In this document: positions 49,924 to 59,205 of the stretch, in pieces
Layout of the letters: each line of letters begins with the position of its first letter
Position numbering within the stretch: position 1 is the stretch's first letter
From: an uncultured Planctomycetales bacterium
GTDB lineage: Bacteria > Omnitrophota > Gorgyraeia > Zapsychrales > JBDRMG01
Length of the DNA stretch: 64,000 nt
NCBI GenBank assembly: GCA_964478715.1
Contig: CAYZIY010000011.1
Coordinates: 1,980-65,979, forward strand
Direction: 5' to 3'
Made by a program: the position numbers and the translations under genes
Notes under the pieces: generated by a model
The model's database searches: none
Told to the model about the DNA's origin: nothing
The model's input: the letters and a program-made list of their open reading frames with translations, nothing else

Positions 49924-50714
49924 AGTGCATTACCCCTCTTTTTTTCGAATAAACATACTAGCCACCAGAATTCTTCTTTTTTTCCTATGCGCCACTGGAT
50001 ACCATCGGTTAAATACTTAATTGTTCTGTTTATCTTAGCGTTATTGGAGTTGCATGCATTACCGCATTGCGGACAAAGAGAAGATTTTTCCCATGCCCAT
50101 TCATTTCCAAGTGTTTGCTTTATATAAAGTAAAATTGGATTTTGATAGGACATTTTTGAACAAAATACGTATGTTTGAAGAGTGAATAATGAAAATAATC
50201 TTGTCAAATGACGTACAGAACGGAAAGATCGCACATGACCCCATGTGTGATAGACAAGACCGCATTGAGAGCATTTCGTGAAACGTTCTCGCAACTGTTC
50301 ATGATAAGGAACGCTGATAATAAGATATTTGCTGGCAATCCTGGATAATTCAGAAACGGCTTTTTGCAAAGTGTCATTCGGTAAATGTTCCAAGACTTGG
50401 CTACAGATCACCATATCAAAAGAATTATCCTTAAAGGAAATGGTGCATATATTGCCAAGTATTCTTTTCGTCTTAACATGGCTCAGGGCGATTTGGCTTC
50501 GATCAAAGGCCATAAGAGAATATTGCTCATCAATAAGGTAATTTGTCAAAGAACCGTCGCCACAACCCACATCAAGAATCGTCTTCACGTCTTGAGGAAT
50601 CAAGGCCTTTATCAAGCGTGCCTTTTTCATAAATTCTTCGTTCTGAGTTAAAATTCCCCAGTGCTCAGGTTGTTCATAGAGTTTTTTGTTATCAAAATCT
50701 TTTTTAACAATCAT
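49920..50714 (-). CDS. class I SAM-dependent methyltransferase with C-terminal Cys pairs
   Basis: ILDVGCGDG, FDMVICSQVLEH, IISVP, CSQC..CPQC. Confidence 0.85.
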   Translation of the reverse strand: MIVKKDFDNKKLYEQPEHWGILTQNEEFMKKARLIKALIPQDVKTILDVGCGDGSLTNYLIDEQYSLMAFDRSQIALSHVKTKRILGNICTISFKDNSFDMVICSQVLEHLPNDTLQKAVSELSRIASKYLIISVPYHEQLRERFTKCSQCGLVYHTWGHVRSFRSVRHLTRLFSLFTLQTYVFCSKMSYQNPILLYIKQTLGNEWAWEKSSLCPQCGNACNSNNAKINRTIKYLTDGIQWRIGKKEEFWWLVCLFEKKRGNAL

Positions 50715-52215
50715 GATAAGTAAGTATTTTTTGGTTTTGAATCTGTTCCAGCTGTGATAAATATAAAAGCAGAGGAGGTTTTATCCACCAAATGCTCTTT
50801 CGATAATTTTTACTGACCAAACAATGCATTAACCGTGGAACAATATAGGTGCTTTTAATAAAATGAGATCGCCCCTTCCTGACAAAAAGTAAATAGTATA
50901 AGAGCGACCTTAGAAATTCTGATCGACATGCTTGGGGATCAATACCCATAGCATGCTTTTGTTCAAATGGAATATGGGCAAATTGAGGGTAAGCGTGATA
51001 GATTGTATCTGTATGCAAATTACTGTCCATCCGCACATGAATAGGTAGAGAAGATAAAAATGTGCGCAGATCGAAATCAAGATAGGGGCTGTAAATACAT
51101 GGGATATCGCTTAAAATTGCGTATGGCGATAAACTGATTTCTCGCCTTCTTTTGTTCCAGAAGTAAAAAGAGCTGATCGGATGCGGTGTGTCAACATGAT
51201 TTTTTAGCTCAGAGACCAAATGATCAGTAGCGCAATCGATATGCATACGTTTATAGGATTCCGGAGTTAGTATGAGTTGAGCGATGTCCTCACCCATAAC
51301 CCAGTATTGAAATAATATCTTTGATAGTTCTTTTAAGCGTTCTTCTTTGAAATTTTCAATTTGTTCAGGTACAAATGTTTTCCAATCGCTGCCAAGCCCG
51401 TCGTAAATCAATTTTGTTTTACCTTTGAGAAAATCGGCTAAGATAAGTATCTGGGCATGTTCATCAGTACACATATTGGTTATGAAATTTTTTCTGATTT
51501 CATTTTTGAAGAGCTTCACTTGTTGTTTAAGCGTAATATGCTCTATCTTAAGCTCTGAACATAGGTGTTTTGCAATTCTGACATCCTCATCGGAACGTGG
51601 CGGGTAATGATCATGGGTTACGCAGAATTTCGGTTTATAACCAAGTCTATTGAGTTCTAAGAGAATGTGCCTTGAGTCTCGACCACCGCTTAAAGGAATG
51701 ACAAAATTATTATCTTTTGGCAATCGTCGTTTCATGGACTGCTGGAATAAAGATGCGTATCTATAAACGGCATCATGCCTGGTTATTTGTAGGCATTTTG
51801 TTTGAGCGCACTGTCCTTTTAATACCAAGCCGTCTTTATTCCATTGAAATTTAACAATAGGCGGTAAGGCGCGTATGTATTTAAAGGGAGTATCGTTACC
51901 AATGAAAAAACCTAATCGGATAAATACCGATAAAGCTTTGTAGTCTATTTCACGGGATGCTCCCTCCTCAAATAGCTTCCATATCGACGGTGAGAGGCCG
52001 ATTTCACCATTATGGCAATAGTAATACAGCGGATAAAATCCAAACGGATCGTTTTCAACAGTAAGAGTATTGCCATCCCAATGCCATTTAGCATAGACAC
52101 CATCTGGTTTTTGCCCTGATGAACGGGGAATCTCGTGCCCTAAAAGACAATCAGGAGAGCCTTTTACTTCGAATTGGCCGTTTATTTTTTTTGCATGGAA
52201 ATATGATTTATTCAT
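50704..52215 (-). CDS. asparagine synthase-related ATP pyrophosphatase (probable polysaccharide amidation enzyme)
   Basis: DPFGFYPLYY, PLSGGRDSR PP-loop, SPYLD; no N-terminal Cys. Confidence 0.78.
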   Translation of the reverse strand: MNKSYFHAKKINGQFEVKGSPDCLLGHEIPRSSGQKPDGVYAKWHWDGNTLTVENDPFGFYPLYYYCHNGEIGLSPSIWKLFEEGASREIDYKALSVFIRLGFFIGNDTPFKYIRALPPIVKFQWNKDGLVLKGQCAQTKCLQITRHDAVYRYASLFQQSMKRRLPKDNNFVIPLSGGRDSRHILLELNRLGYKPKFCVTHDHYPPRSDEDVRIAKHLCSELKIEHITLKQQVKLFKNEIRKNFITNMCTDEHAQILILADFLKGKTKLIYDGLGSDWKTFVPEQIENFKEERLKELSKILFQYWVMGEDIAQLILTPESYKRMHIDCATDHLVSELKNHVDTPHPISSFYFWNKRRREISLSPYAILSDIPCIYSPYLDFDLRTFLSSLPIHVRMDSNLHTDTIYHAYPQFAHIPFEQKHAMGIDPQACRSEFLRSLLYYLLFVRKGRSHFIKSTYIVPRLMHCLVSKNYRKSIWWIKPPLLLYLSQLEQIQNQKILTYHDC

Positions 52216-53191
52216 GGCTTGAGTGTTTTTCTAACAATATGTTGCTTTCATTAAGATTCGACATACAAAATATGAATTTTGTTAGAAGAAATCTCCATAT
52301 TTGTCTGTTGATTGGTTTTCGTATCAGCGCTTTACACAAAAGACTTAAAGAATCGCTATATTCACCCGCTTGATACAAACGCGTTGACCAGTGATAATAG
52401 CTTTCAGCCATTAGGTGCATTTTCTCAAAGAACCCCGTGGATAAATCTGGCCTTTCAATATCTTGACACGTGACGTCTTTAAGTTTGTGTTCTCTCGCAA
52501 ATTGGCGCATTCTTTCAGCGGATTGAGTTTGCCTGATACTGCTTGTAATGGAAATAGAATGGAGATTGATCCTTCGATAACACAATAATTGATCCAAACA
52601 AGCAAAGTTTTGGGTTTCCGAAGATCTAAGATAAAAATCGTAATCTGGCGCGCAATACAAGCCATCACGATAGAAATGCACAGATTCAAAATTTATTTTG
52701 CGAAACATAATCGAGCTATGGATAAGCGGATTACAAGACCTGAATGAATTTTTGATATCACTATCGCTTAACGGGGATTTTATTTCTGAAAAAACTTTTC
52801 CATTCTCATTAATCAGATAGCAGTAAGTCGCGCAAAGGGCGATGTCGGGATGTTTGTCTAAGAATTGAACTTGTTGTTCCAATTTTTCTGGCATCGCGAT
52901 ATCATCCGAATCGAAATTGGCAATGTACTTTCCTTGCGCATGAGAGATCGCTGTATTGCTGGCTGTGGCCGGACCAAGATTTTGATCGTGCCGAAATACT
53001 TTGATTTTTTCAGGATACTTTTGTTCATAATCTCTGGCGATTTTAAGGGTTTTGTCTTTTGAGGCATCATCAACGATAATTAACTCAAAATCCTGAAATG
53101 TCTGAGACAAAAGGCTCTCAATGGCCTCTCTCATGAACCTCGAGGCGTTATAGGCTCCCATCACTACGCTTACTTTTGGTTTTTTCTCCAT
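52208..53191 (-). CDS. glycosyltransferase family 2 (third paralog)
   Basis: VSVVMGAYN, VDDASKD, DSDD, HSSIMFR; C-terminal KPINRQIW shared with the two tandem GT2s. Confidence 0.92.
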   Translation of the reverse strand: MEKKPKVSVVMGAYNASRFMREAIESLLSQTFQDFELIIVDDASKDKTLKIARDYEQKYPEKIKVFRHDQNLGPATASNTAISHAQGKYIANFDSDDIAMPEKLEQQVQFLDKHPDIALCATYCYLINENGKVFSEIKSPLSDSDIKNSFRSCNPLIHSSIMFRKINFESVHFYRDGLYCAPDYDFYLRSSETQNFACLDQLLCYRRINLHSISITSSIRQTQSAERMRQFAREHKLKDVTCQDIERPDLSTGFFEKMHLMAESYYHWSTRLYQAGEYSDSLSLLCKALIRKPINRQIWRFLLTKFIFCMSNLNESNILLEKHSSHE

Positions 53192-53203
53192 GGCTGTTTC
53201 CGT

Positions 53204-53278
53204 TTATTCAACAATCCTGGCCAAGTCTTTATCCAGAAGCTCCTGATTTAGCAACCATCCGTAGGCCAGAATTTCTTT
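53204..53278 (-). pseudogene. 3' remnant of a thermonuclease-domain gene
   Basis: KEILAYGWLLNQELLDKDLARIVE* closely parallels the end of 54626-55435 (KETILSHGRLLNQELLDKGLARIVE*). Confidence 0.75.
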
Positions 53279-54419
53279 ACATAAAGCGTCTTGGACTACT
53301 CCAGAGCTGATCAAGGAAGTTTTTCCAGGGAAGTATTTTAATCCCCTGAATAATTCTCGGCCGTTTTTCCAGGCACGCAACGACATAATGCTTGATTCTT
53401 TTCTCTTCTTTGAGCGCCTTCATTCCTCTTAGGTCTCTTGGAGAGATATTGCCCTTTGCCTTGGCTTCCACGGCAAGGTTGTCATTTATTATAAAATCAA
53501 CCTCGTATCCGGATTTGGACCGCCAATAATGAAGATCGCCCAAATTATGATAGTCGACAAACGTTTTCAGCTCGTGCGCCATATATGTCTCAAACGCGTC
53601 TCCGAATTCCGGCGACTTTTCTTTTATTTCCGGCCGATTTTGCAGGTATCGCACCACCCCTGCGTCGAAAAAATAAAATTTCGCGGTTGAAGTGGGCTTT
53701 CGTTTTTGACTCTTTTTCCATGCCGGGACATCAAACCCGATAAGTGTATCGCGCAAAATCTGAAAGTACTCCTGGACCGTACTGGCGGGTACCTGGGCGT
53801 CATTGGCTATATTGGCATAATTGATCAACAAGCTGTTGCAGGCGGCCGCAACCTGCAGAAACCTGCTGAATGCCGGGACATTTCTGACCAGTCCCTCGGC
53901 TGCGACCTCTTCTTTTAAATAGTTTCCGGAATAGGCCTTCAAATCCTGCTCAGGGGAGTCAGAAAAATAAATCGAAGGAATCAAACCGTTATTCAGCGCT
54001 TTGCGTAAATCGAATTTTTCCTTAAGTTCACGGTAAATAAACGGATGCAGGTTTGCCGAACGCGCCCGGCCGCCCAAAAGGTTGACGCCTCCTCTGCGCA
54101 GTTTTCTGGCGCTTGATCCTGTCAACAGAAAATGAATTCTTTGCTTTTCAATAATCCGATGTACTTCATCAAGCAGAAAAGGTAATTTCTGAATTTCGTC
54201 AATTATAATGATCTTTTCTTTGGACCGTATTTCCTGTTCAAGCCTTTTTGGCTCGCGGCTTAAAGTCAAATAGATATCGTTGTCCAAGAGATCATAGACG
54301 CGGAATTGTTTCAAGCTATGGGCTATCAGCGTGGATTTTCCCGTCTGCCTCGCGCCAAAAAGAAATAGTGACTTGCTCTTTAACGCTTTTAGGACGTCAA
54401 TCTGACGGTCGATATACAT
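53277..54419 (-). CDS. AAA+ ATPase with DUF4143 domain
   Basis: GARQTGKST, DEIQK, TGSSARKL, NLLGGRA, KFYFFDAGV, EVDF..VEAK. Confidence 0.9.
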   Translation of the reverse strand: MYIDRQIDVLKALKSKSLFLFGARQTGKSTLIAHSLKQFRVYDLLDNDIYLTLSREPKRLEQEIRSKEKIIIIDEIQKLPFLLDEVHRIIEKQRIHFLLTGSSARKLRRGGVNLLGGRARSANLHPFIYRELKEKFDLRKALNNGLIPSIYFSDSPEQDLKAYSGNYLKEEVAAEGLVRNVPAFSRFLQVAAACNSLLINYANIANDAQVPASTVQEYFQILRDTLIGFDVPAWKKSQKRKPTSTAKFYFFDAGVVRYLQNRPEIKEKSPEFGDAFETYMAHELKTFVDYHNLGDLHYWRSKSGYEVDFIINDNLAVEAKAKGNISPRDLRGMKALKEEKRIKHYVVACLEKRPRIIQGIKILPWKNFLDQLWSSPRRFM

Positions 54420-54536
54420 AAAATCCTCCTAGGTTAAATGACATATATGTTGTTGATTATCATGACATACAACGATATAGTTGTCAAATAAAATATGCTT
54501 AAAATTATCCTCGATCTCCATTCTTCTGTTTTTATC

Positions 54537-54612
54537 CAGGGACATACCCCGAATCAGGTAAAGGTGTGTCCCTCAGGGGTCATACCAACACATAAATCGG
54601 GGTATGTCCCTG
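54537..54612. repeat. REP/REPIN-like inverted repeat element
   Basis: Perfect 16-bp IR CAGGGACATACCCCGA / TCGGGGTATGTCCCTG enclosing two further degenerate copies (GGTGTGTCCCT, AGGGGTCATACC). Confidence 0.75.
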
Positions 54613-54625
54613 AGCCTGAAGTAGG

Positions 54626-55435
54626 TTACTCCACTATTCTGGCCAGGCCTTTATCCAGAAGCTCCTGATTGAGAAGGCGACCATGGCTTAAAATTGTTTC
54701 TTTATCCGTCTCCCCTTTCAAATACCAGAGATCCACAATGTAGCGGCCGAATTTGCCGGCTTTATACGAGCGGATAACAACACCGCCCTCAGAGAGGCAA
54801 TCCTCGACAAATACTTTGGCTTGGCCGCCTTTTTTCGTCCCTTTTTCCGGGCAGTTAATGCCCCGCAAACGCACTTTGTGCTCCATTTTGGCCTTGAAAC
54901 CGACATCGATATCAAGAACAAGCGTGTCGGCATCAACAACCCGGGCTACCTGTGCCGCATAGGTATATAATTTTTGGTTAAGATCTCTGAGCCGGGGCCC
55001 GTCATTTTTGTTTGTGGCCCCGGCTTCACATCTGTTTTCGTAATAATTATTGCGGATTCTCAATCGCAGTTCATGTGAGCTCCACTGATTGAGCGCGGCA
55101 CTTTGGATATAGAAGGAGCGCTCTTTTCTGTCGGCCACATACAAAAGGGCGGCATAATGCGACCAATTCAGCGGATGTCCCTCGATTTCATCTTTAAATC
55201 CGTCCGGATATTGCCGGAAAAAACGAACGCATTTTTCCAGCGTTCCTCTGGATGCGCCCGCATCGAGCGCGATATTCTTAATGACTTCTCCGCTTTTACG
55301 GGTGTAACCATAAACAGACTCTCCGATGATCCAGTAGGCATTGAGCGTCTGAAGACGCTCATCATCGTTAGCTGTGTACTGCTCGACTTTCTCCAGTCTT
55401 TTTTGAATATCTTTAACTAGTTTTTGATAAGACAT
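54626..55435 (-). CDS. DUF1016(YhcG) N-terminal domain fused to a thermonuclease (SNase) domain
   Basis: YWIIG..LNWSHY..LL..R.FY...WS..EL (DUF1016_N); RVVDADT...VRLRGINCPE...KFGRY...LNQELLDKGLA (SNase); no signal peptide. Confidence 0.8.
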   Translation of the reverse strand: MSYQKLVKDIQKRLEKVEQYTANDDERLQTLNAYWIIGESVYGYTRKSGEVIKNIALDAGASRGTLEKCVRFFRQYPDGFKDEIEGHPLNWSHYAALLYVADRKERSFYIQSAALNQWSSHELRLRIRNNYYENRCEAGATNKNDGPRLRDLNQKLYTYAAQVARVVDADTLVLDIDVGFKAKMEHKVRLRGINCPEKGTKKGGQAKVFVEDCLSEGGVVIRSYKAGKFGRYIVDLWYLKGETDKETILSHGRLLNQELLDKGLARIVE

Positions 55436-55456
55436 AAGACGCAGAATGCTTGAATG

Positions 55457-56071
55457 CTAAAGCAAAATATGTTCAAGTTTTCTTTTTACGCATAAACGAA
55501 TTTTATCGTCTTTTATTTTCCTGACCCACGTACGAGCTGATTTAAAACAAAATTTTTTTCCTAAATACAGCTCCGGAAAATGACCAAATTGTTTCTTTTT
55601 TCTTGTGGATAAATATAAACAATCAACTAATGCCTTCTCCGGCTCAGCTATAAGGAATTTCCCCGTCTTTTTGTACCAGCTGAAACCCTGGAAAAATTCA
55701 GGACATATTTTGTGAATCTGAAAAGTTCCCAAAGAGGTGCTAACGGATCGACTATGAGCGGTTGAAGCCAAAGTGATAACTTGTGGTATTTGCTCCACAA
55801 TGCCGTGAAGGTGCAAGGCGCTCAGGAAAGAGACATAGGCGCGGTGTTTATCAAACAAGAGAGGTATCATTTGATAGGGGCTTACATTTCGTTGATCCCC
55901 TTGGGACCATACGCCTCTGTAAACACGCTGAACCAATCCCTGTTTTTCTAAGTGAACCAATGACTGATTGATAGCAGACGCGGATTTTCCTGAAAGAGAC
56001 ACAAGTTCTCTAGTCGCAAATACAGGTCTCTCTATTTTCTTAATAAAAAACATTAAAGACCGTTTCTCCAT
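55457..56071 (-). CDS. abiEi: type IV TA antitoxin, AbiEi family
   Basis: N-terminal wHTH (RVYRGVW), YVSFLSALHLHG..EQIP, IAEPEKALVD.LY. Confidence 0.85.
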   Translation of the reverse strand: MEKRSLMFFIKKIERPVFATRELVSLSGKSASAINQSLVHLEKQGLVQRVYRGVWSQGDQRNVSPYQMIPLLFDKHRAYVSFLSALHLHGIVEQIPQVITLASTAHSRSVSTSLGTFQIHKICPEFFQGFSWYKKTGKFLIAEPEKALVDCLYLSTRKKKQFGHFPELYLGKKFCFKSARTWVRKIKDDKIRLCVKRKLEHILL

Positions 56072-56075
56072 ATCA

Positions 56076-56852
56076 CTATCCCAATTCTTCTAAAAAACCA
56101 ATTGTTTTTAATTTGATTTCATCCCAGTTATTTTCATTAGTGTACAAAGATTGATCTTCCGCGCTGAAATAAGCGACGACTGAATCTCGAAATTGTTCAT
56201 AGCTGACTTGATACACATTTTCCGAAGCTTTTTTCAATTTATCCGGGTTGACTTTGAGTTTTCCCTCTATCTCGGAATCATATTGTGAATTCAGAATATA
56301 CAGATCGAAAATATCCCTGGCCTGAAGCTCTTTGCGGTTTATCAGGGCATCAATTTTTTGTGTGATGGCCGATGAAATTTTGTAATGGGATATTAATAAT
56401 GGCGCCAATCGATAATGCCGGAGAATGGAGCTGGAGACAGATTCAACTTCTGCTTGGCCGCGAAAGCCCCTCCGGGAAAACTCAATTTTTGTAAACAAAT
56501 CTTCGCCTGAGGAGTTCAACAAATGAATCTTAAATCGTTGCGTTGTTTTTGTTTGTTTAGCGTATTTCATATCAGGCGGAATCAACCGCTCAACACCAAA
56601 CGAATTCAGTATGTCATGAAATGAAGCCGCGGTGAGAATATCCATGACAGTATCTTTGATTTTGTAAACCGCAATATCGCAAATATCCAGATCCATATCT
56701 TCTGAGTAGCGGAAGCTTTTAAAGAAAAATCTTAAATTTGATCCGCCTTTAAGCGCGAAGAAACTCTGCTTAACTTTCCTGGAAAACAGCCGAAGGAATT
56801 CCAGATGAAAGATTTCTCGTAAATCCAGATTATTGTATGATTTTGCGTTCAT
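56076..56852 (-). CDS. abiEii: type IV TA toxin, AbiEii nucleotidyltransferase family
   Basis: LKGGSNL..F...RYSEDMD, KIEFS, KIDAL..R...RDIFD. Confidence 0.88.
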   Translation of the reverse strand: MNAKSYNNLDLREIFHLEFLRLFSRKVKQSFFALKGGSNLRFFFKSFRYSEDMDLDICDIAVYKIKDTVMDILTAASFHDILNSFGVERLIPPDMKYAKQTKTTQRFKIHLLNSSGEDLFTKIEFSRRGFRGQAEVESVSSSILRHYRLAPLLISHYKISSAITQKIDALINRKELQARDIFDLYILNSQYDSEIEGKLKVNPDKLKKASENVYQVSYEQFRDSVVAYFSAEDQSLYTNENNWDEIKLKTIGFLEELG

Positions 56853-56969
56853 ATAATGTATTATAACTTAGTTATGACTAAACAACAACGCATAATTAAA
56901 ATTATTATATATTCATTATGTTCAGGGACAACCATTTATCTGGTTCAGGATACGTCGCTGGTCTTAATT

Positions 56970-57923
56970 TTATCTATTTTCCATTTCGCGAAAGCATTTC
57001 ACCGTATATCTAAGACCTTCCTCAAAATTGACCAGAGGTTTATATCCGATAACCTTACCCGCCTTCGAAATATCCGCATGGGTTTTAAAGACATCGCCGG
57101 CGCGGACATCTAGATGCTGAGGTTTGATATCTTTTCCGATGATCTGATTAAGCAGATCAACGAGTTCTAAGACGGTATGATCCCTGCCATTGGCTACATT
57201 GAGAACCTCATGCTTGATGCCGGGTGTGGTGGCGGCCAGGATATTGGCTGAGACAACATTATCGATATAAGTGAAATCGCGCGACTGCTTGCCGTTTCCG
57301 AAAATCGGCGGTTGCTCATCATTGAGAATACTGGTCGTGAATTTGGGAATCACGACCGCATATTCATCATCCAGGGCCTGCCGGGGGCCGAAGACATTGA
57401 AATAGCGAAGGCACACGGTCTCAACGCCAAAAAATTCGGCGAAGATCCGGCAGTAATATTCGCCGGTTAATTTAGATAGCGCATAGGGCGAAATCAGTAG
57501 CGGAAGCTGATCCTCTTTTTCGGGGAATTGATCCGTATCGCCATAAATCGAACTGGATGAGGCCAGAACAAACCGTTTAACCTGATGCTTGGCGGCCGCC
57601 TGAAGCATAAAGAGCGTTCCATCGATATTGACATGATTATAGGTCAGCGGATCTTTCATGGATTTGGGCACTGAGCGCGCCGCCGCCTGATGCAGTACAT
57701 AATCAATGCCCTCGCAGGCCTTGTCGCACACCAGAGCGTCACGGATATCGCCGCGGATCAGTTCGAATTTTTCGATGGATAATTTTTTAGCGAAAGCAAG
57801 ATTTTCTTCTTTTCCGGATGAAAAATTATCCAATACACGGACAAAATCATCACCCTGAATTAGTTTCTCAGTGATATTGGAGCCGATGAACCCGGCTCCC
57901 CCTGTGACGAGATAACGTGCCAT
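56970..57923 (-). CDS. NAD-dependent epimerase (UDP-GlcNAc/Glc 4-epimerase, WbpP-like SDR)
   Basis: VTGGAGFIGS, HQAA..SVPKS, ASSSS, SPYALSK, LRYFNVFGPRQ, GKQSRDFT. Confidence 0.92.
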   Translation of the reverse strand: MARYLVTGGAGFIGSNITEKLIQGDDFVRVLDNFSSGKEENLAFAKKLSIEKFELIRGDIRDALVCDKACEGIDYVLHQAAARSVPKSMKDPLTYNHVNIDGTLFMLQAAAKHQVKRFVLASSSSIYGDTDQFPEKEDQLPLLISPYALSKLTGEYYCRIFAEFFGVETVCLRYFNVFGPRQALDDEYAVVIPKFTTSILNDEQPPIFGNGKQSRDFTYIDNVVSANILAATTPGIKHEVLNVANGRDHTVLELVDLLNQIIGKDIKPQHLDVRAGDVFKTHADISKAGKVIGYKPLVNFEEGLRYTVKCFREMENR

Positions 57924-59190
57924 GGGGCATCCTTTCTTTAATCAGATGATTCCTTATTAATGTTCGATAGAGCCTTTGAAATTGATCGGCCACCTGTGGC
58001 CAGGTGAATTTTTCTAAAACTTTTTGATAGCCGCAGCGGCCCAGCCGCGTTCGCATTCTTTTGTTTTTCAATAAAGTCGTGATTTGATCGGCCAGTTCAT
58101 GATCATTTTCATACGCATAAAGCAGACCGTCTTTGTTTTCATCCACAACAGAACCCGGAGCCGAATTTCGGGTGGTGATCACCGGTTTCTGGCAGGCCCA
58201 GGCCTCAAGCAAAACGATCCCGAAAGATTCGCTGACCGATGGTAAGACTAAACAGTCGCTGGCATGGCAAATTTCATTCTTTTGGGATTCACTGAAATGA
58301 TTGATGATCAAAACACGCTCCCGGTCTTTGGATTTCAGCGTTTTGATTTTATTTTTTAATGCTTTTTTGTAATTTTCACTCAAAGATCCGGCCAGGATGA
58401 GTCTGGCTTTGGGGATTTTTTCACAAACGAGCGCGAAAGCCTGGATCAAGCCATCAATGCCTTTTTCTTTTGACAAGCGGCCCATATAGAGAATGACAGG
58501 ATCTTTTTTCAGTCCATAGATCGATCGAAAGTCGTTTGTTGGCGGTACGGGAAAATCCGAAAAATCGATCGCCGGAGAGATAACCCTGATTTTATGGGGA
58601 TCAATGCCTTTTTGAATCAAAAAATTCTTTTCAAATTCGGTGAGCGCGACCACGCAATCGCAATCTTGAAGGGCCGTATAAATAAAGGGATTTTTAACCC
58701 ACTGATCATGAATATGCAAACAGGGAATAATCACATAAGGAAATTTGCGGATGCGATGCGCCAGATAGGCCCAGATAGTGCTGGCATTGCAGGAGTTAAT
58801 ATTGCAGACCACATCGGGCTTATGCGCGAGGATTGCCTGGATGCTTTGGGGGACGACTCCTCCTCTTTGCATCATCGCAAACCAATCTTTCAAAATCGCG
58901 CGAGATAATCGGTATCCGCCTCTGATTTTCGGTAAATGTTTAAACACGAACTGTTGAATTCTTTTCGACGGAGGAAAACGCCGTATTTTAACGCCGTTTA
59001 AGGTTTCATAGCTAAGCAAAGAATTGATTTGGCCATTGGGATTGCGCAGTTGATTAATCGTCAAAGCTTTGGCGGTAAAAACAGTGACATCCTCTCCCTT
59101 TCGGGTCAGGTGTTCGGAGAGTTTCTTAAGATGGATTTGATTCCCTCCGATGGATGGATGGTAAAGATGGCTTATGTGCAGTATTCTCAT
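57868..59190 (-). CDS. glycosyltransferase family 4
   Basis: YHPSIGG, MGRLSKEKG, ESFGIVLLEAW; the 3' end overlaps the epimerase start. Confidence 0.9.
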   Translation of the reverse strand: MRILHISHLYHPSIGGNQIHLKKLSEHLTRKGEDVTVFTAKALTINQLRNPNGQINSLLSYETLNGVKIRRFPPSKRIQQFVFKHLPKIRGGYRLSRAILKDWFAMMQRGGVVPQSIQAILAHKPDVVCNINSCNASTIWAYLAHRIRKFPYVIIPCLHIHDQWVKNPFIYTALQDCDCVVALTEFEKNFLIQKGIDPHKIRVISPAIDFSDFPVPPTNDFRSIYGLKKDPVILYMGRLSKEKGIDGLIQAFALVCEKIPKARLILAGSLSENYKKALKNKIKTLKSKDRERVLIINHFSESQKNEICHASDCLVLPSVSESFGIVLLEAWACQKPVITTRNSAPGSVVDENKDGLLYAYENDHELADQITTLLKNKRMRTRLGRCGYQKVLEKFTWPQVADQFQRLYRTLIRNHLIKERMPHGTLSRHRGSRVHRLQYH

Positions 59191-59205
59191 GGCTTAATAG
59201 CTTGG

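Noticed and set aside
50704-52215. Asparagine synthase-like gene considered as a lasso peptide cyclase
   Set aside because: No precursor peptide, B-protein peptidase or RRE gene is nearby, and the context is purely polysaccharide biosynthesis
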